Source: Chthonomonadales bacterium
GTDB lineage: Bacteria > Armatimonadota > Chthonomonadetes > Chthonomonadales > CAJBBX01
Assembly (NCBI GenBank): GCA_049967475.1
Contig: JBMFSQ010000002.1
Location: 235,508 to 299,507 of the forward strand
Length of the DNA stretch: 64,000 nt
Reading direction: 5' to 3'
The notes under the pieces were generated by a model. The model was not told the DNA's origin. It saw nothing but the letters and a program-made list of their open reading frames with translations, and did no database searches. The position numbers were made by a program, and so were the translations under genes. Positions 26,981 to 36,304 of the stretch are shown one piece after another (the stretch's first letter is position 1; each line of letters starts with the position of its first letter).

Positions 26981-29839
26981 ATGGGCTACCGGAACCTGAT
27001 CCTCGCTGCTTGCCCGACCCTTGCGGCATTCTGCCTAGCGGCTTCAAGGTGCGCAGCAGGAGCGGCGCCCAAATGGACAGCTCTTGTGTCTGCGTCCGGC
27101 TCCATCACCCTTCGACAAGACCGCCAAACGTTCGCCGTGATGGAACCTGGCCTCTTCGAAGCAGTCTGGCAGGGCGCCACCCTTGAACCGCCCCGCGTCG
27201 GAGTAACCCACCAGGGGGACACCTTCACGGGCGCCATTCGGGCACCGGGCGGCGGGCTGGTAACCACAACGCTCCGCATCCGCAAGGAGCCGGCCGGCCT
27301 CCACCTCGAATACCACCTCGTGCCCCAAACGGCCATTCGGCTCAACAGTCTGCATATCGGCATCGCCATCCCTGTGTCCCACGCAATTGGGGGCAGCTAT
27401 GCCGTGGACGGCCAACGGGCAGCCTTCCCCGCACAGTTCACGTCCGTGATGCTCCATTCAGGACCGGCTAAAGTGCTGGAACTGGATTGCCCACCGGGCG
27501 CGCCCCTCGTCTTCCGCTTCGACACGCCGACACCCGTGCTCGTGCAGGACGACCGCCAGTGGGGTCCTACATTCACCTTGCGCTTCGGCCCGCAAATGAA
27601 CGGCGCGGAAGAATGGCCCGCCGGCAAAGATCTGGCCGTGGCGTTGACGCTAACATCTCCGGGAGGCATCGCCATGGAGGAAGACGGCCCGGTTACCGTC
27701 GAAGCGGGCACGGATTGGATCCCGCTGACGGAACAACCCGACGTGCTCGCCGGATCCGCTCTGGATCTGAGCCGGGTGATCCCATGGCACGCTCCGGCAG
27801 GATCGCTTGGCCGGGTACTCGCTTCGGGAAGCCATTTCGTTTTCGCCGACAGGCCCAGCAAACCCGTTCGATTCTATGGGGTAAACCTCACCTTTGGCTC
27901 CCAGTACCTGACCCACGACGAAGCGGACCGCCTGGCCATACGCCTTCGCCGATTAGGCTACAACGCCGTACGCCTCCACCACTATGAAGGGATGCTCGTG
28001 GACCGCCGCGCGGGACCAGGGGTGCGGCTGGATCCCCAGCAGCTTGACCGCCTGGATTACCTGTTCTACGCTCTCAAGAAGCAGGGCATCTACATCACAA
28101 CCGACCTGTTCGTGTCTCGCCCTGTAGCCAATAGCGAGATTTGGCTCGGAGCTGAAGGCGATATCGGTATGGATGAGTACAAGATGGCGGTACCCGTCAA
28201 CGATCGCGCCTTTGCCGACTATTGCGCCTTCGCTTCCGCCCTACTGGAGCACCGCAATCCCTATACCGGCACCACATGGGCACAGGACCCCGCCCTCGCC
28301 TGGCTCAGCTTGATTAATGAAGGGAACCCGGGGAACTTCGTCGGGCTCCTCACAGGCAACCTTGGGCGCGATTATGCTCTGGCGTGGAACAAGTGGCTTC
28401 AGGCTCGGTATCCAACCAGAGACGCGCTGGCCAACGCTCTGGGAGCTCAGCCTTCCGATCCCACCGCCCAGCCGGGCCGCGTGCCTATCCCAACCCAGCA
28501 GGATGCATCGCGGCGATGGGTGCTTTTCAATGTATTCCTCGCCGATAGCCAGCGGAGCTTCTTCCATCGCACACGCGACTTCCTGCGCAATCAACTCCAT
28601 TGCCGGGCACTGCTCACCAATAACAACGCCTGGACGAACCCCCTCCAGATGGAGGCAGTCCGCAGCACCTTCGATTACGTAGACGACCACTTCTACGTGG
28701 ATCATCCTCAATTCCTCCAGCAGCCATGGCGCTTGCCGTCTCGGTGCAGCAATGAAAGCCCGGTGTCCGCAGGAGCTCCGGGCGGCACATCCTGCGCGTT
28801 CATACGATTGTTGGACCGGCCCTTCACGTGCACGGAGTTCAACTACGCCGGCCCAAGCCGGTACCGGGGAGTAGGGGGCATTCTTACCGGGGCTTTGGGG
28901 GCTCTGCAAGATTGGGCAGGCATCTGGCGGTTCGACTATGCATCCAACGGAGAAGCCCTCTTCTCACCCCGACCTGCCGGATACTTCGACCTGGTGACGG
29001 ATCCGCTGAACCAGGCAGCGGACCGCGCCGCCATCTTTCTTTTCCGGCGTGGTGACCTTCAACAAGCACCCCATTCGATCGGCCTTGCCCTCTCGTCGGC
29101 AGAACTTCTGGGCAACCCCCAGTCGGCCCGCGCCTATGTGCCGGGATGGACTTCCATGGCTTGGATCACGAAGGTGGGCGGGCTGCCCGCGTCGGGCAAT
29201 CAGGTCCGCCCCGATGAGGTACTATCCACGAGCGGCGCCAATCCGCCGGCCTATGCTTCCGGGGCCTCCGAGCACCTCCTCCGGGTGTTGCAGGAACACG
29301 GTTGGAGCAAGGAGAGCATCCTGGATTTCCGCGCGAACCGCCTCAGGAGCGAAACGGGGCAGGTGTCCATAGACGCTTCAAGGGACGTGCTCACGGTGGA
29401 CACGCCGCGTACCGAGGGTGGGTTCGCGCCGTCTGGAGGGCGCATCGAGACCGCGCATGCATCCATCACCATCCGCGACACGCCCGCCACCGTGTGGGTG
29501 TCCAGCCTGGATGACCGGCCCATCTCTCGAAGCCGCCGCCTGCTCGTAACCCATCTGACCGATCTCCAGAACACCGGAGCCCGTTTTGCCGACAAGGACC
29601 GGCGCATCTTGACGGATTGGGGCCGGTTGCCCTATCTGGTGCGCGCCGGCAGGGCCGAGGTGGCTCTGAAGCTCGACGGAGCCGCCGATGCTATCGTGTG
29701 GGGGCTGGACACGTCCGGGAGGCGTACCGAGCGCGTCCCCGCACGCGTGATTGGAGGCGCTCTTCTCATTCCGCTGAATGTGAATAACAACGGAAGCGCG
29801 CGAATGCTCTACGAAGTCGTTGTTGGTCGCCGCCGTTAG
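26981..29839 (+). CDS. Large secreted clan GH-A (GH5-like) glycoside hydrolase
   Basis: AGGAGG RBS, signal peptide, RFYGVN, GYNAVRLHH, LDYLFYALKKQGIY, SLINE (acid/base), DHFY and CTEFN (nucleophile). Confidence 0.8.
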   Translation: MGYRNLILAACPTLAAFCLAASRCAAGAAPKWTALVSASGSITLRQDRQTFAVMEPGLFEAVWQGATLEPPRVGVTHQGDTFTGAIRAPGGGLVTTTLRIRKEPAGLHLEYHLVPQTAIRLNSLHIGIAIPVSHAIGGSYAVDGQRAAFPAQFTSVMLHSGPAKVLELDCPPGAPLVFRFDTPTPVLVQDDRQWGPTFTLRFGPQMNGAEEWPAGKDLAVALTLTSPGGIAMEEDGPVTVEAGTDWIPLTEQPDVLAGSALDLSRVIPWHAPAGSLGRVLASGSHFVFADRPSKPVRFYGVNLTFGSQYLTHDEADRLAIRLRRLGYNAVRLHHYEGMLVDRRAGPGVRLDPQQLDRLDYLFYALKKQGIYITTDLFVSRPVANSEIWLGAEGDIGMDEYKMAVPVNDRAFADYCAFASALLEHRNPYTGTTWAQDPALAWLSLINEGNPGNFVGLLTGNLGRDYALAWNKWLQARYPTRDALANALGAQPSDPTAQPGRVPIPTQQDASRRWVLFNVFLADSQRSFFHRTRDFLRNQLHCRALLTNNNAWTNPLQMEAVRSTFDYVDDHFYVDHPQFLQQPWRLPSRCSNESPVSAGAPGGTSCAFIRLLDRPFTCTEFNYAGPSRYRGVGGILTGALGALQDWAGIWRFDYASNGEALFSPRPAGYFDLVTDPLNQAADRAAIFLFRRGDLQQAPHSIGLALSSAELLGNPQSARAYVPGWTSMAWITKVGGLPASGNQVRPDEVLSTSGANPPAYASGASEHLLRVLQEHGWSKESILDFRANRLRSETGQVSIDASRDVLTVDTPRTEGGFAPSGGRIETAHASITIRDTPATVWVSSLDDRPISRSRRLLVTHLTDLQNTGARFADKDRRILTDWGRLPYLVRAGRAEVALKLDGAADAIVWGLDTSGRRTERVPARVIGGALLIPLNVNNNGSARMLYEVVVGRRR

Positions 29840-30780
29840 GGATTGCCGGCGCCGCCATCCCCCGGCAATTGATCCAGGGTCGCGTCTGCTCCCTGGCCTT
29901 GGCCCGCGTCGGCAGCCTCGTTGTAATCCTCCTGGAGGGTTGCGACGCTGCAGCCGGAGCAATTCTCGCACCGGGATGTACGCTCGCGCCGAATGTCGGA
30001 TGCAGGAAATACCAACTGCACCTGCGTGTCGTGCATCAACACCATCACATCTTCCCGGATGATGTTGAGGTCCACCACTCTGCCTTGGCCCTTCGGCGTC
30101 ATCACAAGGTCCCCGATGGCAGGAAGCTTCTGCTTGGCTTCCACATAGGTGTCATGTTCGTACTTCAGGCAGCACATGAGCTTGCCGCATACTCCGGAGA
30201 ACTTCACCGGGTTGAGGAAGAGGCTCTGGTCCTTCGCCATCTTCATAGACACGGGTGCGAACTCGGTGAGGAACGTAGCGCAGCAGAGGGTAAGGCCGCA
30301 AGGGCCCACCCCTCCGATCATCTTGGCCTGGTCCCGGGAACCCACCTGGTGGAGCATCACCCTGCAGCGCAATAGGCCCGCCAGATCTTTCACTAACTCT
30401 CGAAAGTCCACGCGGTTCTCCGCGGCAAAGTAGATGGTTACCTGGCTGGCATCGAAGGTGTACTCAGCCTGAAGAAGCTTCATCGGGAGATTGTGGTGGC
30501 GCACGCGATCGGCGGTTACCGCCAGCGCGCGTTGAGCCAAGGCTCTGTTGCGCTCCTCTTGCTGTAAATCGGCCTCGTCCGCCTTGCGCAGAACGCGCTT
30601 CAGGGGCGCCTGGAGTTCTTCCTCACCGATCACACGGGGCGCCACGCGCACGGTACCGATCTCGATGCCCCGTGCCGTCTCCACGATCACGCGATCCATC
30701 TCGGCGAGGTCCAGGTTGTTCGGGTCAAACCAATAAGATTTGGCCACGCGCTTGAAGGCCACTCCTACTACGTTGGGCAT
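29836..30780 (-). CDS. ricT: PSP1/RicT (YaaT) family Fe-S protein
   Basis: VIVETARGIEIG, RVDFRELVKDLA, GPCGLTLCC and SGVCGKLMCCLKYE. Confidence 0.92.
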   Translation of the reverse strand: MPNVVGVAFKRVAKSYWFDPNNLDLAEMDRVIVETARGIEIGTVRVAPRVIGEEELQAPLKRVLRKADEADLQQEERNRALAQRALAVTADRVRHHNLPMKLLQAEYTFDASQVTIYFAAENRVDFRELVKDLAGLLRCRVMLHQVGSRDQAKMIGGVGPCGLTLCCATFLTEFAPVSMKMAKDQSLFLNPVKFSGVCGKLMCCLKYEHDTYVEAKQKLPAIGDLVMTPKGQGRVVDLNIIREDVMVLMHDTQVQLVFPASDIRRERTSRCENCSGCSVATLQEDYNEAADAGQGQGADATLDQLPGDGGAGNP

Positions 30781-30845
30781 GGACTTTCCTCAATGGTTGC
30801 AGCCCGTTCATGGGGACACATCTCCGGCAGGCTGCGGTACGAGGC

Positions 30846-30875
30846 AGTATATCCATGGGCGGCACCCGAGGTCAA
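30846..30875 (-). promoter_or_regulatory. Putative sigma70 promoter of ricT
   Basis: Minus strand TTGACC-N18-TATACT. Confidence 0.6.
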
Positions 30876-30902
30876 GGGGCCCAATAGCGCTCCCAGCCGC
30901 GG

Positions 30903-31910
30903 CTAAACTTCCGGTTTGGCGGGCCGCATCATGAGCGCGCGGAGCGTTCGGTGGACCGATGCACCTTCGAAAAGGATAGAATACAGCGCCTCGGAGATGG
31001 GCATCTCTACATTAGCCTGACGCGCCAGGCAACAGATGGCCCGCGTGGTCGGCACGCCTTCGGCGACCTGACCCAGTTCTTGAAGGATTTCCTGAAGCTG
31101 CTTCCCCTGGCCCAGACCAATGCCCACACGGTAGTTCCTGGATAGGCGGCTGCCGCCTGTAGCAATCAGGTCGCCTACACCGGCAAGACCGAGGAATGTA
31201 GTAGGCCGCGCGCCGAGGGCGACACCCAGGCGAGTGATCTCCGCCAATCCCCGCGTCATGAAGGCGGCCCGACTGTTGTCCCCAAAACCGATCCCCTCGC
31301 AGATGCCGGCCCCGATGGCGATGACGTTCTTCATGGCGCCGGCCAGTTCCACGCCAACGAGATCATCGCTTGTGTAGACGCGGAAGGTTGGACCCATCCA
31401 AAGCAATTGGCAGGCCTGGGCCGTCTCCTCGTTGCGCGCGGCCGCAACACTGGCCGTTGGCACACCCTGGGCAACTTCGACAGCCAAATTCGGGCCCGAA
31501 AGAGCAGCGATGCGTTCGTCGGCACCTCCCAAGCCCTCCTCGATCACCTGGGACATGCGCAACCCGGTCTCCTCCTCCAAGCCCTTGGAGGCATTCACCA
31601 GCAGGCGTGCATTCCCCAATAGAGGCCCGGCAAGTTGGGCTACTTCGCGCATCGCCCCAGAGGGCACGGCAAACACTACGCACTCGGCGCCGTCAAGAGC
31701 CTCGTGCATGACGGGCGTGGCGCGCACGTTGGCACTCAGGCGGATGCCGGGCAGATAGCGCCGGTTCTCGCTCTGCGCGTTGATGGCCTCAGCCAGGCCG
31801 GGCGTCCGGGCCCACAACACCACGTCTGCCCCATCTCCAATGAGCGTGGCCAGAGCAGTGCCCCAGCTTCCCGCTCCCAGTATGCAAATCTTCCGTGCTT
31901 TCCTCTCCAT
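30903..31910 (-). CDS. gpsA: NAD(P)H-dependent glycerol-3-phosphate dehydrogenase
   Basis: GAGSWGTALA, SKGLE, SGPNLA, GAMKNVIAI, GLAGVGDL, SRN and AEGV. Confidence 0.96.
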   Translation of the reverse strand: MERKARKICILGAGSWGTALATLIGDGADVVLWARTPGLAEAINAQSENRRYLPGIRLSANVRATPVMHEALDGAECVVFAVPSGAMREVAQLAGPLLGNARLLVNASKGLEEETGLRMSQVIEEGLGGADERIAALSGPNLAVEVAQGVPTASVAAARNEETAQACQLLWMGPTFRVYTSDDLVGVELAGAMKNVIAIGAGICEGIGFGDNSRAAFMTRGLAEITRLGVALGARPTTFLGLAGVGDLIATGGSRLSRNYRVGIGLGQGKQLQEILQELGQVAEGVPTTRAICCLARQANVEMPISEALYSILFEGASVHRTLRALMMRPAKPEV

Positions 31911-31971
31911 CTAGAGCGGCCGCAGCAGGAAGGCTGCAGAGGCGTTGCCCCAAGAGGAGCGGTGAGTTCGG

Positions 31972-33030
31972 CTAGACGTCTGCAGCATAGGTGTACTCTC
32001 GGGCGTGGGCTTCCTCGAGGTATCGGGCCAAAAGCCGGATGCACGCCTCGATATCCGCCTTGGCGGCCATCTCGTTTACGGTATGGACGTAGCGCGTGGG
32101 GATGGAGAGCGTAAAGCTTGGAACGCCATTCCGGGCGCGCTGGATGGCCCCGGCATCGGTCCCGCCCCGAGTAAGGATCTCGAGCTGGTATGGGATAGAA
32201 TACTTCTCGGCAACGTCACGGAAGTGGCGAACGAGTTTCGGATGGCAGATGAGAGAACTGTCCATCACCTTGATGGCTGCGCCGCCTCCCAGGCGTGTGA
32301 TGCGCTCGGCTTCATCGGCCCCTGCGTAATCATTGGCAAGCGTTACGTCTACCGCAATGCCGATGTCGGGTTCGAGAGCGTAGGCCGAAGTCAACGCGCC
32401 GCGCAGTCCCACTTCCTCCTGCGTCGTAGCGACGGCTACGATCTCGCATTCGTGGTGCTTCACTTCACGCAGTGCCTCGATCATGACGAAGACGCTCACC
32501 CGGTCATCCAAAGTCTTGCTCAGAACGGCGTCTCCCACTTCTTCCGTGGTGCGCGCCATAGTCACCGGGTCCCCGATCTCCACCAACTCGCGCACCCGCT
32601 CCGAAGGAAGACCCAGGTCTACGAAGAACTCCTCAACTGTGGGCTGCTTGCGCCGCTCCTCCTCTGTGAGAAGATGGATGGGCTTGGCAGCCGGCATCAA
32701 GGCACCCAAAAGCGTCGTTCCCTTGTGACCATGTACGTAAACACGCTGGGCGAAAAGCACGCGCGCATCCCATCCGCCCACGGGTTGAAGGCGCAGGAAC
32801 CCTTTGTCGTCTATGTGCCGCACAAGGAAGCCGATCTCATCCATGTGGGCTGCAATCATCACCCGGGGTCCGCTGCAGCCGTGCTTGCGGGCGATCACGT
32901 TGCCCATCGCATCCGATGTAACCTCGTCGGCTACAGTCTTCAGCTCCGTGGCAACCAGTTGGCGGATGGCTTCCTCCCGTCCGGACACTCCCGGGGTCTC
33001 ACAGAGGCGTTTCAAAAGCGTGAAATTCAA
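31972..33030 (-). CDS. M42-family aminopeptidase
   Basis: PGVSGRE, AHMDEIG, LDDR, QEEVGLRGA, GGTDAG and RYVH. AGGAGG RBS before TTG 33030. Confidence 0.92.
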   Translation of the reverse strand: MNFTLLKRLCETPGVSGREEAIRQLVATELKTVADEVTSDAMGNVIARKHGCSGPRVMIAAHMDEIGFLVRHIDDKGFLRLQPVGGWDARVLFAQRVYVHGHKGTTLLGALMPAAKPIHLLTEEERRKQPTVEEFFVDLGLPSERVRELVEIGDPVTMARTTEEVGDAVLSKTLDDRVSVFVMIEALREVKHHECEIVAVATTQEEVGLRGALTSAYALEPDIGIAVDVTLANDYAGADEAERITRLGGGAAIKVMDSSLICHPKLVRHFRDVAEKYSIPYQLEILTRGGTDAGAIQRARNGVPSFTLSIPTRYVHTVNEMAAKADIEACIRLLARYLEEAHAREYTYAADV

Positions 33031-33120
33031 CCCTTTCCTCCTTGTTAACGCCGCGCTAAGTTGCGGAGCAGTTCTGATGAAGCTAAGGGCCGGCTGCGCA
33101 AAGGTCTGCGGCCCAGGCAT

Positions 33121-34332
33121 TCAGTCCTTGACGGTCGCAGCGATAGCCGAACAAATATAATCCATGTTCCCCTCGTTCATCGCCGCTACACAGATGCGCC
33201 CGCTCTCCACGACATAGAGGCTGTAGTCCCGGCGCAAACGCCGCACTTCCTCAACGGTGAGGCCGGTGAAAGAAAACATCCCCTTCTGCCGGGTGATGAA
33301 GCTAAAGTCGCGCTTGACGCCCATCTGCGTGAGCTTATGATGAAAGAGGGTCCGCATCCCCCAGATGCGCCGGCGCATGGCACCCACCTCCTGCTCCCAC
33401 TCCGCACGCAGAGCATCATCACCCAGAATGAGGTTCACCACTTGGGCCCCATGCGATATGGCGTTGGAAAAGTTCGTGCGGATCACGCGTTTGAGCTGGC
33501 TCAGCACGCGCGATGCCTCATCGGCAGAAGCGGTAAGGACCGTCAGCGCCCCCACACGCTCGCGATAAATGGAGAAGCATTTGGAGTACGAATTGGCGAT
33601 GAGGCACCCCACCCCCGCTTCAGCGAAGGTCCGTACCGCGAAGGCATCCTCCTCCAAGCCGTCGCCGAAGCCCTGATAGGCAAAATCAATGAAGGGGATA
33701 AGCCCGCCTTGCGCGCAGACCTCCACAATCCGGTGCCATTGTTCCCGTGTAGGATCCACCCCTGTTGGGTTGTGGCAGCAGGCGTGCAGAACCACGATCG
33801 AGCGAGGAGGCAAAGTCCGGAGGGCCGCGATCATGCCGTCAAAATCCAAGCTGTGCGAGGCGCTGTCGAAATAGGGATAGGTGTTGACCTGGAACCCGGC
33901 CGCTTCAAAAAGCGCCTTGTGGTTTTCCCAACTGGGTGCACTGATCCACACCTGGGCATCCGGAAAGGATCGCCGCAGAAAGTCTGCACCCACCTTCAGT
34001 GCGCCGGTACCGCCGGGCGCCTGCACGGTGATTGCCCGGCCTTCCGCCACAGCGGGCGAACCTGACCCCAATACCAGGGATTGCGTGCGCTGGAGGAAGC
34101 TGGGAATGCCCTCGATGGGAAGATAGGTCTTCGTGTCCTCCAGGGCGAGCCACCGCTCCTCGGCCTTCCGCACAGACTTGAGCAGCGGCACCCGCCCCTC
34201 GCCATCCTTGTAGACGCCGACTGCCAAATTGACTTTCTTGGGATTGGCATCGGCATTGAAGGCTTCGTTCAGGCCGAGGATGGGGTCGGGCGGAGCTTGA
34301 GGAATGGAGGCAAAAGGCGATGATAGGGACAT
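33121..34332 (-). CDS. aspC: Aspartate/aromatic amino acid aminotransferase (AspC/TyrB subgroup)
   Basis: PPDPILGL, KVNLAVGVY, GGTGAL, HACCHNPTG, DFAYQGFG, SYSK..S.Y.ERVG and GMFS. Confidence 0.92.
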   Translation of the reverse strand: MSLSSPFASIPQAPPDPILGLNEAFNADANPKKVNLAVGVYKDGEGRVPLLKSVRKAEERWLALEDTKTYLPIEGIPSFLQRTQSLVLGSGSPAVAEGRAITVQAPGGTGALKVGADFLRRSFPDAQVWISAPSWENHKALFEAAGFQVNTYPYFDSASHSLDFDGMIAALRTLPPRSIVVLHACCHNPTGVDPTREQWHRIVEVCAQGGLIPFIDFAYQGFGDGLEEDAFAVRTFAEAGVGCLIANSYSKCFSIYRERVGALTVLTASADEASRVLSQLKRVIRTNFSNAISHGAQVVNLILGDDALRAEWEQEVGAMRRRIWGMRTLFHHKLTQMGVKRDFSFITRQKGMFSFTGLTVEEVRRLRRDYSLYVVESGRICVAAMNEGNMDYICSAIAATVKD

Positions 34333-34384
34333 GGACACACCTCAGTGTTGGTTGGCAATTGCGATTGCTGCGCGGCGTGGTATC

Positions 34385-34413
34385 AGTATAGCCCCAGGCA
34401 TGGCCGTATTCAA
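34385..34413 (-). promoter_or_regulatory. Putative sigma70 promoter of aspC
   Basis: Minus strand TTGAAT-N17-TATACT. Confidence 0.6.
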
Positions 34414-34485
34414 CCGTGCGTCCATTGAGATTGCACACGAAGCCGCCCTCGCCTCCGGTCCCAGCGGCCTCACTCCGGGCGGACG

Positions 34486-35172
34486 TCACGGATGTACGGG
34501 ACCCGTATGGGCGGCGCGATCGGGCGTAGGCGGGGCATGGTCAACGGCGCCTGCAGGGCGGTCCGGCTCTCGAAATGCCTGGAGATTACTGCTGGAGAGC
34601 GGCGGGCCGGGCCACGGCAGGACACTGTGGAGGAACAAGGCGCGGCGAGCCAGTACACTGCGCCGATAAGCCTCCATGCGTTCCTGCCACTCCTTCTGAC
34701 CTAGGCGATCATCGAACAGCACCCGCACGCGTGTCGTTCCAGGCTCGGCCCGCAGTTCCCCGATTTTGCGCATGGGAGCCGTGATGTAGGTTTCGTAGAT
34801 GTCCACATCGTAATCCACGCGGAACAAATCGCGAGCCTCCTCACGGGCAGCAAGAGCTACGCGGGCCATATCCCATCTGGGAATAAGGGGCGCAAACATG
34901 GCCTTCATTTTGTGGTCCGACACGAACTTCAGCCCCACAGCATGTTCATGATTTCGGAAACGCTGTTGGAAGAGGCGTGCGAAGGAAATGTGGCGTGCAT
35001 CGGAATAGACGCCCGTGCCCCTGCCTAATCTCCGGGCGATCTCACCATGGGAAGGCGTCCAGTCGCGGAAATCCCCCAGTGCGTCCGCATTGTCCTGCCT
35101 TGGGAAAAGCAGGTACAGGAGGGGAAGCACTGCGATGATGCCCACCAGGGGAATAATCTGCCGCCAGCGCAT
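34486..35172 (-). CDS. Hypothetical membrane-anchored protein
   Basis: GGAGG RBS, N-terminal TM (IIPLVGIIAVLPLLYLLF), globular body, Pro-rich tail, and its own promoter. Confidence 0.7.
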   Translation of the reverse strand: MRWRQIIPLVGIIAVLPLLYLLFPRQDNADALGDFRDWTPSHGEIARRLGRGTGVYSDARHISFARLFQQRFRNHEHAVGLKFVSDHKMKAMFAPLIPRWDMARVALAAREEARDLFRVDYDVDIYETYITAPMRKIGELRAEPGTTRVRVLFDDRLGQKEWQERMEAYRRSVLARRALFLHSVLPWPGPPLSSSNLQAFREPDRPAGAVDHAPPTPDRAAHTGPVHP

Positions 35173-35223
35173 GGCGTGCCCTCCAGACAGGTGCCGGCCC
35201 GGAACCGCTTCCGACACCCTTCA

Positions 35224-35252
35224 ACAGTACCATGCGCCACCGCCGTTGTCAA
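35224..35252 (-). promoter_or_regulatory. Putative sigma70 promoter
   Basis: Minus strand TTGACA-N17-TACTGT with extended -10 TG. Confidence 0.55.
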
Positions 35253-35311
35253 TCGCCGGTCCGGCTTTTATAAGGCTTCTTCTTAAACAAAGCCGCACAA
35301 CGGACGGCGGG

Positions 35312-36289
35312 CTATCCGGAACGCAAAGCGCGGACGTATTCCAAGGCATGGTACGTGATGATGATGTCGGCACCGGCCCGTTTGATGGCATGAAGCACTT
35401 CGGCTACGGCCCGTTGCTCATCAATCCAGCCGCGGGCAGAAGCAGCCTTCAGCATAGAAAACTCCCCGCTCACATTGTAGGCCGCAAGCGGAGCATCGAA
35501 GACCTCACGAACCAAGCGGATTACATCCAAGTAGGGCAGGGCGGGCTTTACCATCACAATGTCGGCGCCCTCTTCCAAATCCAAGGCGATCTCGCGCAGA
35601 GCCTCGCGGGCGTTGGCAGGATCCATCTGGTATCCCCGCCGGTCTCCGAATTGCGGGGTAGAACCCGCCGCTTCGCGGAAGGGCCCGTAAAAGGCGCTTG
35701 CGTATTTTGCGGAATAGGCCATGATGGCACAATCCGTAAATCCGGCGTCGTCCAGAGCCGAGCGGATAGCGCCCACGCGACCATCCATCATGTCCGAAGG
35801 CGCTACGATGTCGGCCCCGGCTGCGGCGTACACGACCGCGCACTTCTGCAGGAGCTCCACGGTTGCATCGTTGTCTACGCGCCCTTGCCGAACGATGCCG
35901 CAGTGCCCATGTGAGGTGTATTCGCAAAGGCATACGTCTGCTATCAAAAGAAGAGCCTCGCCCAACTCGGACCGCAGCCTGCGAAGGGCTCGGGGGATGA
36001 TGCCCTCCTCCGCATAGGCTTCGCTGCCCACCTCATCCTTCTCTGCCGGGATGCCGAACAATAAGATGCCGGGAATGCCTGCTTCTACCGCGGCTGTAGC
36101 CTCCTTGCATAGATCGTCCAGGCCGAGACGCCGGATGCCGGGCATCGCGGCGATGGGCTCAGACGGTCCATGCGTTACGAACATAGGATAAATTAGATCG
36201 TCCTGCGTCACATGGGTCTCGCGCACGAGGCGCCGCATCGCAGCGGAGCGGCGCAAACGGCGCGGGCGATGAACGAGCCTCACGCTCAT
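35312..36289 (-). CDS. hemB: Porphobilinogen synthase (Zn-type)
   Basis: RPRRLR, DVCLCEYTSHGHCG, APSDMMDGR, YSAKYAS.FYGPFR and MVKPA. Confidence 0.97.
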   Translation of the reverse strand: MSVRLVHRPRRLRRSAAMRRLVRETHVTQDDLIYPMFVTHGPSEPIAAMPGIRRLGLDDLCKEATAAVEAGIPGILLFGIPAEKDEVGSEAYAEEGIIPRALRRLRSELGEALLLIADVCLCEYTSHGHCGIVRQGRVDNDATVELLQKCAVVYAAAGADIVAPSDMMDGRVGAIRSALDDAGFTDCAIMAYSAKYASAFYGPFREAAGSTPQFGDRRGYQMDPANAREALREIALDLEEGADIVMVKPALPYLDVIRLVREVFDAPLAAYNVSGEFSMLKAASARGWIDEQRAVAEVLHAIKRAGADIIITYHALEYVRALRSG

Positions 36290-36304
36290 GGTTGCCCTCC
36301 CCTT

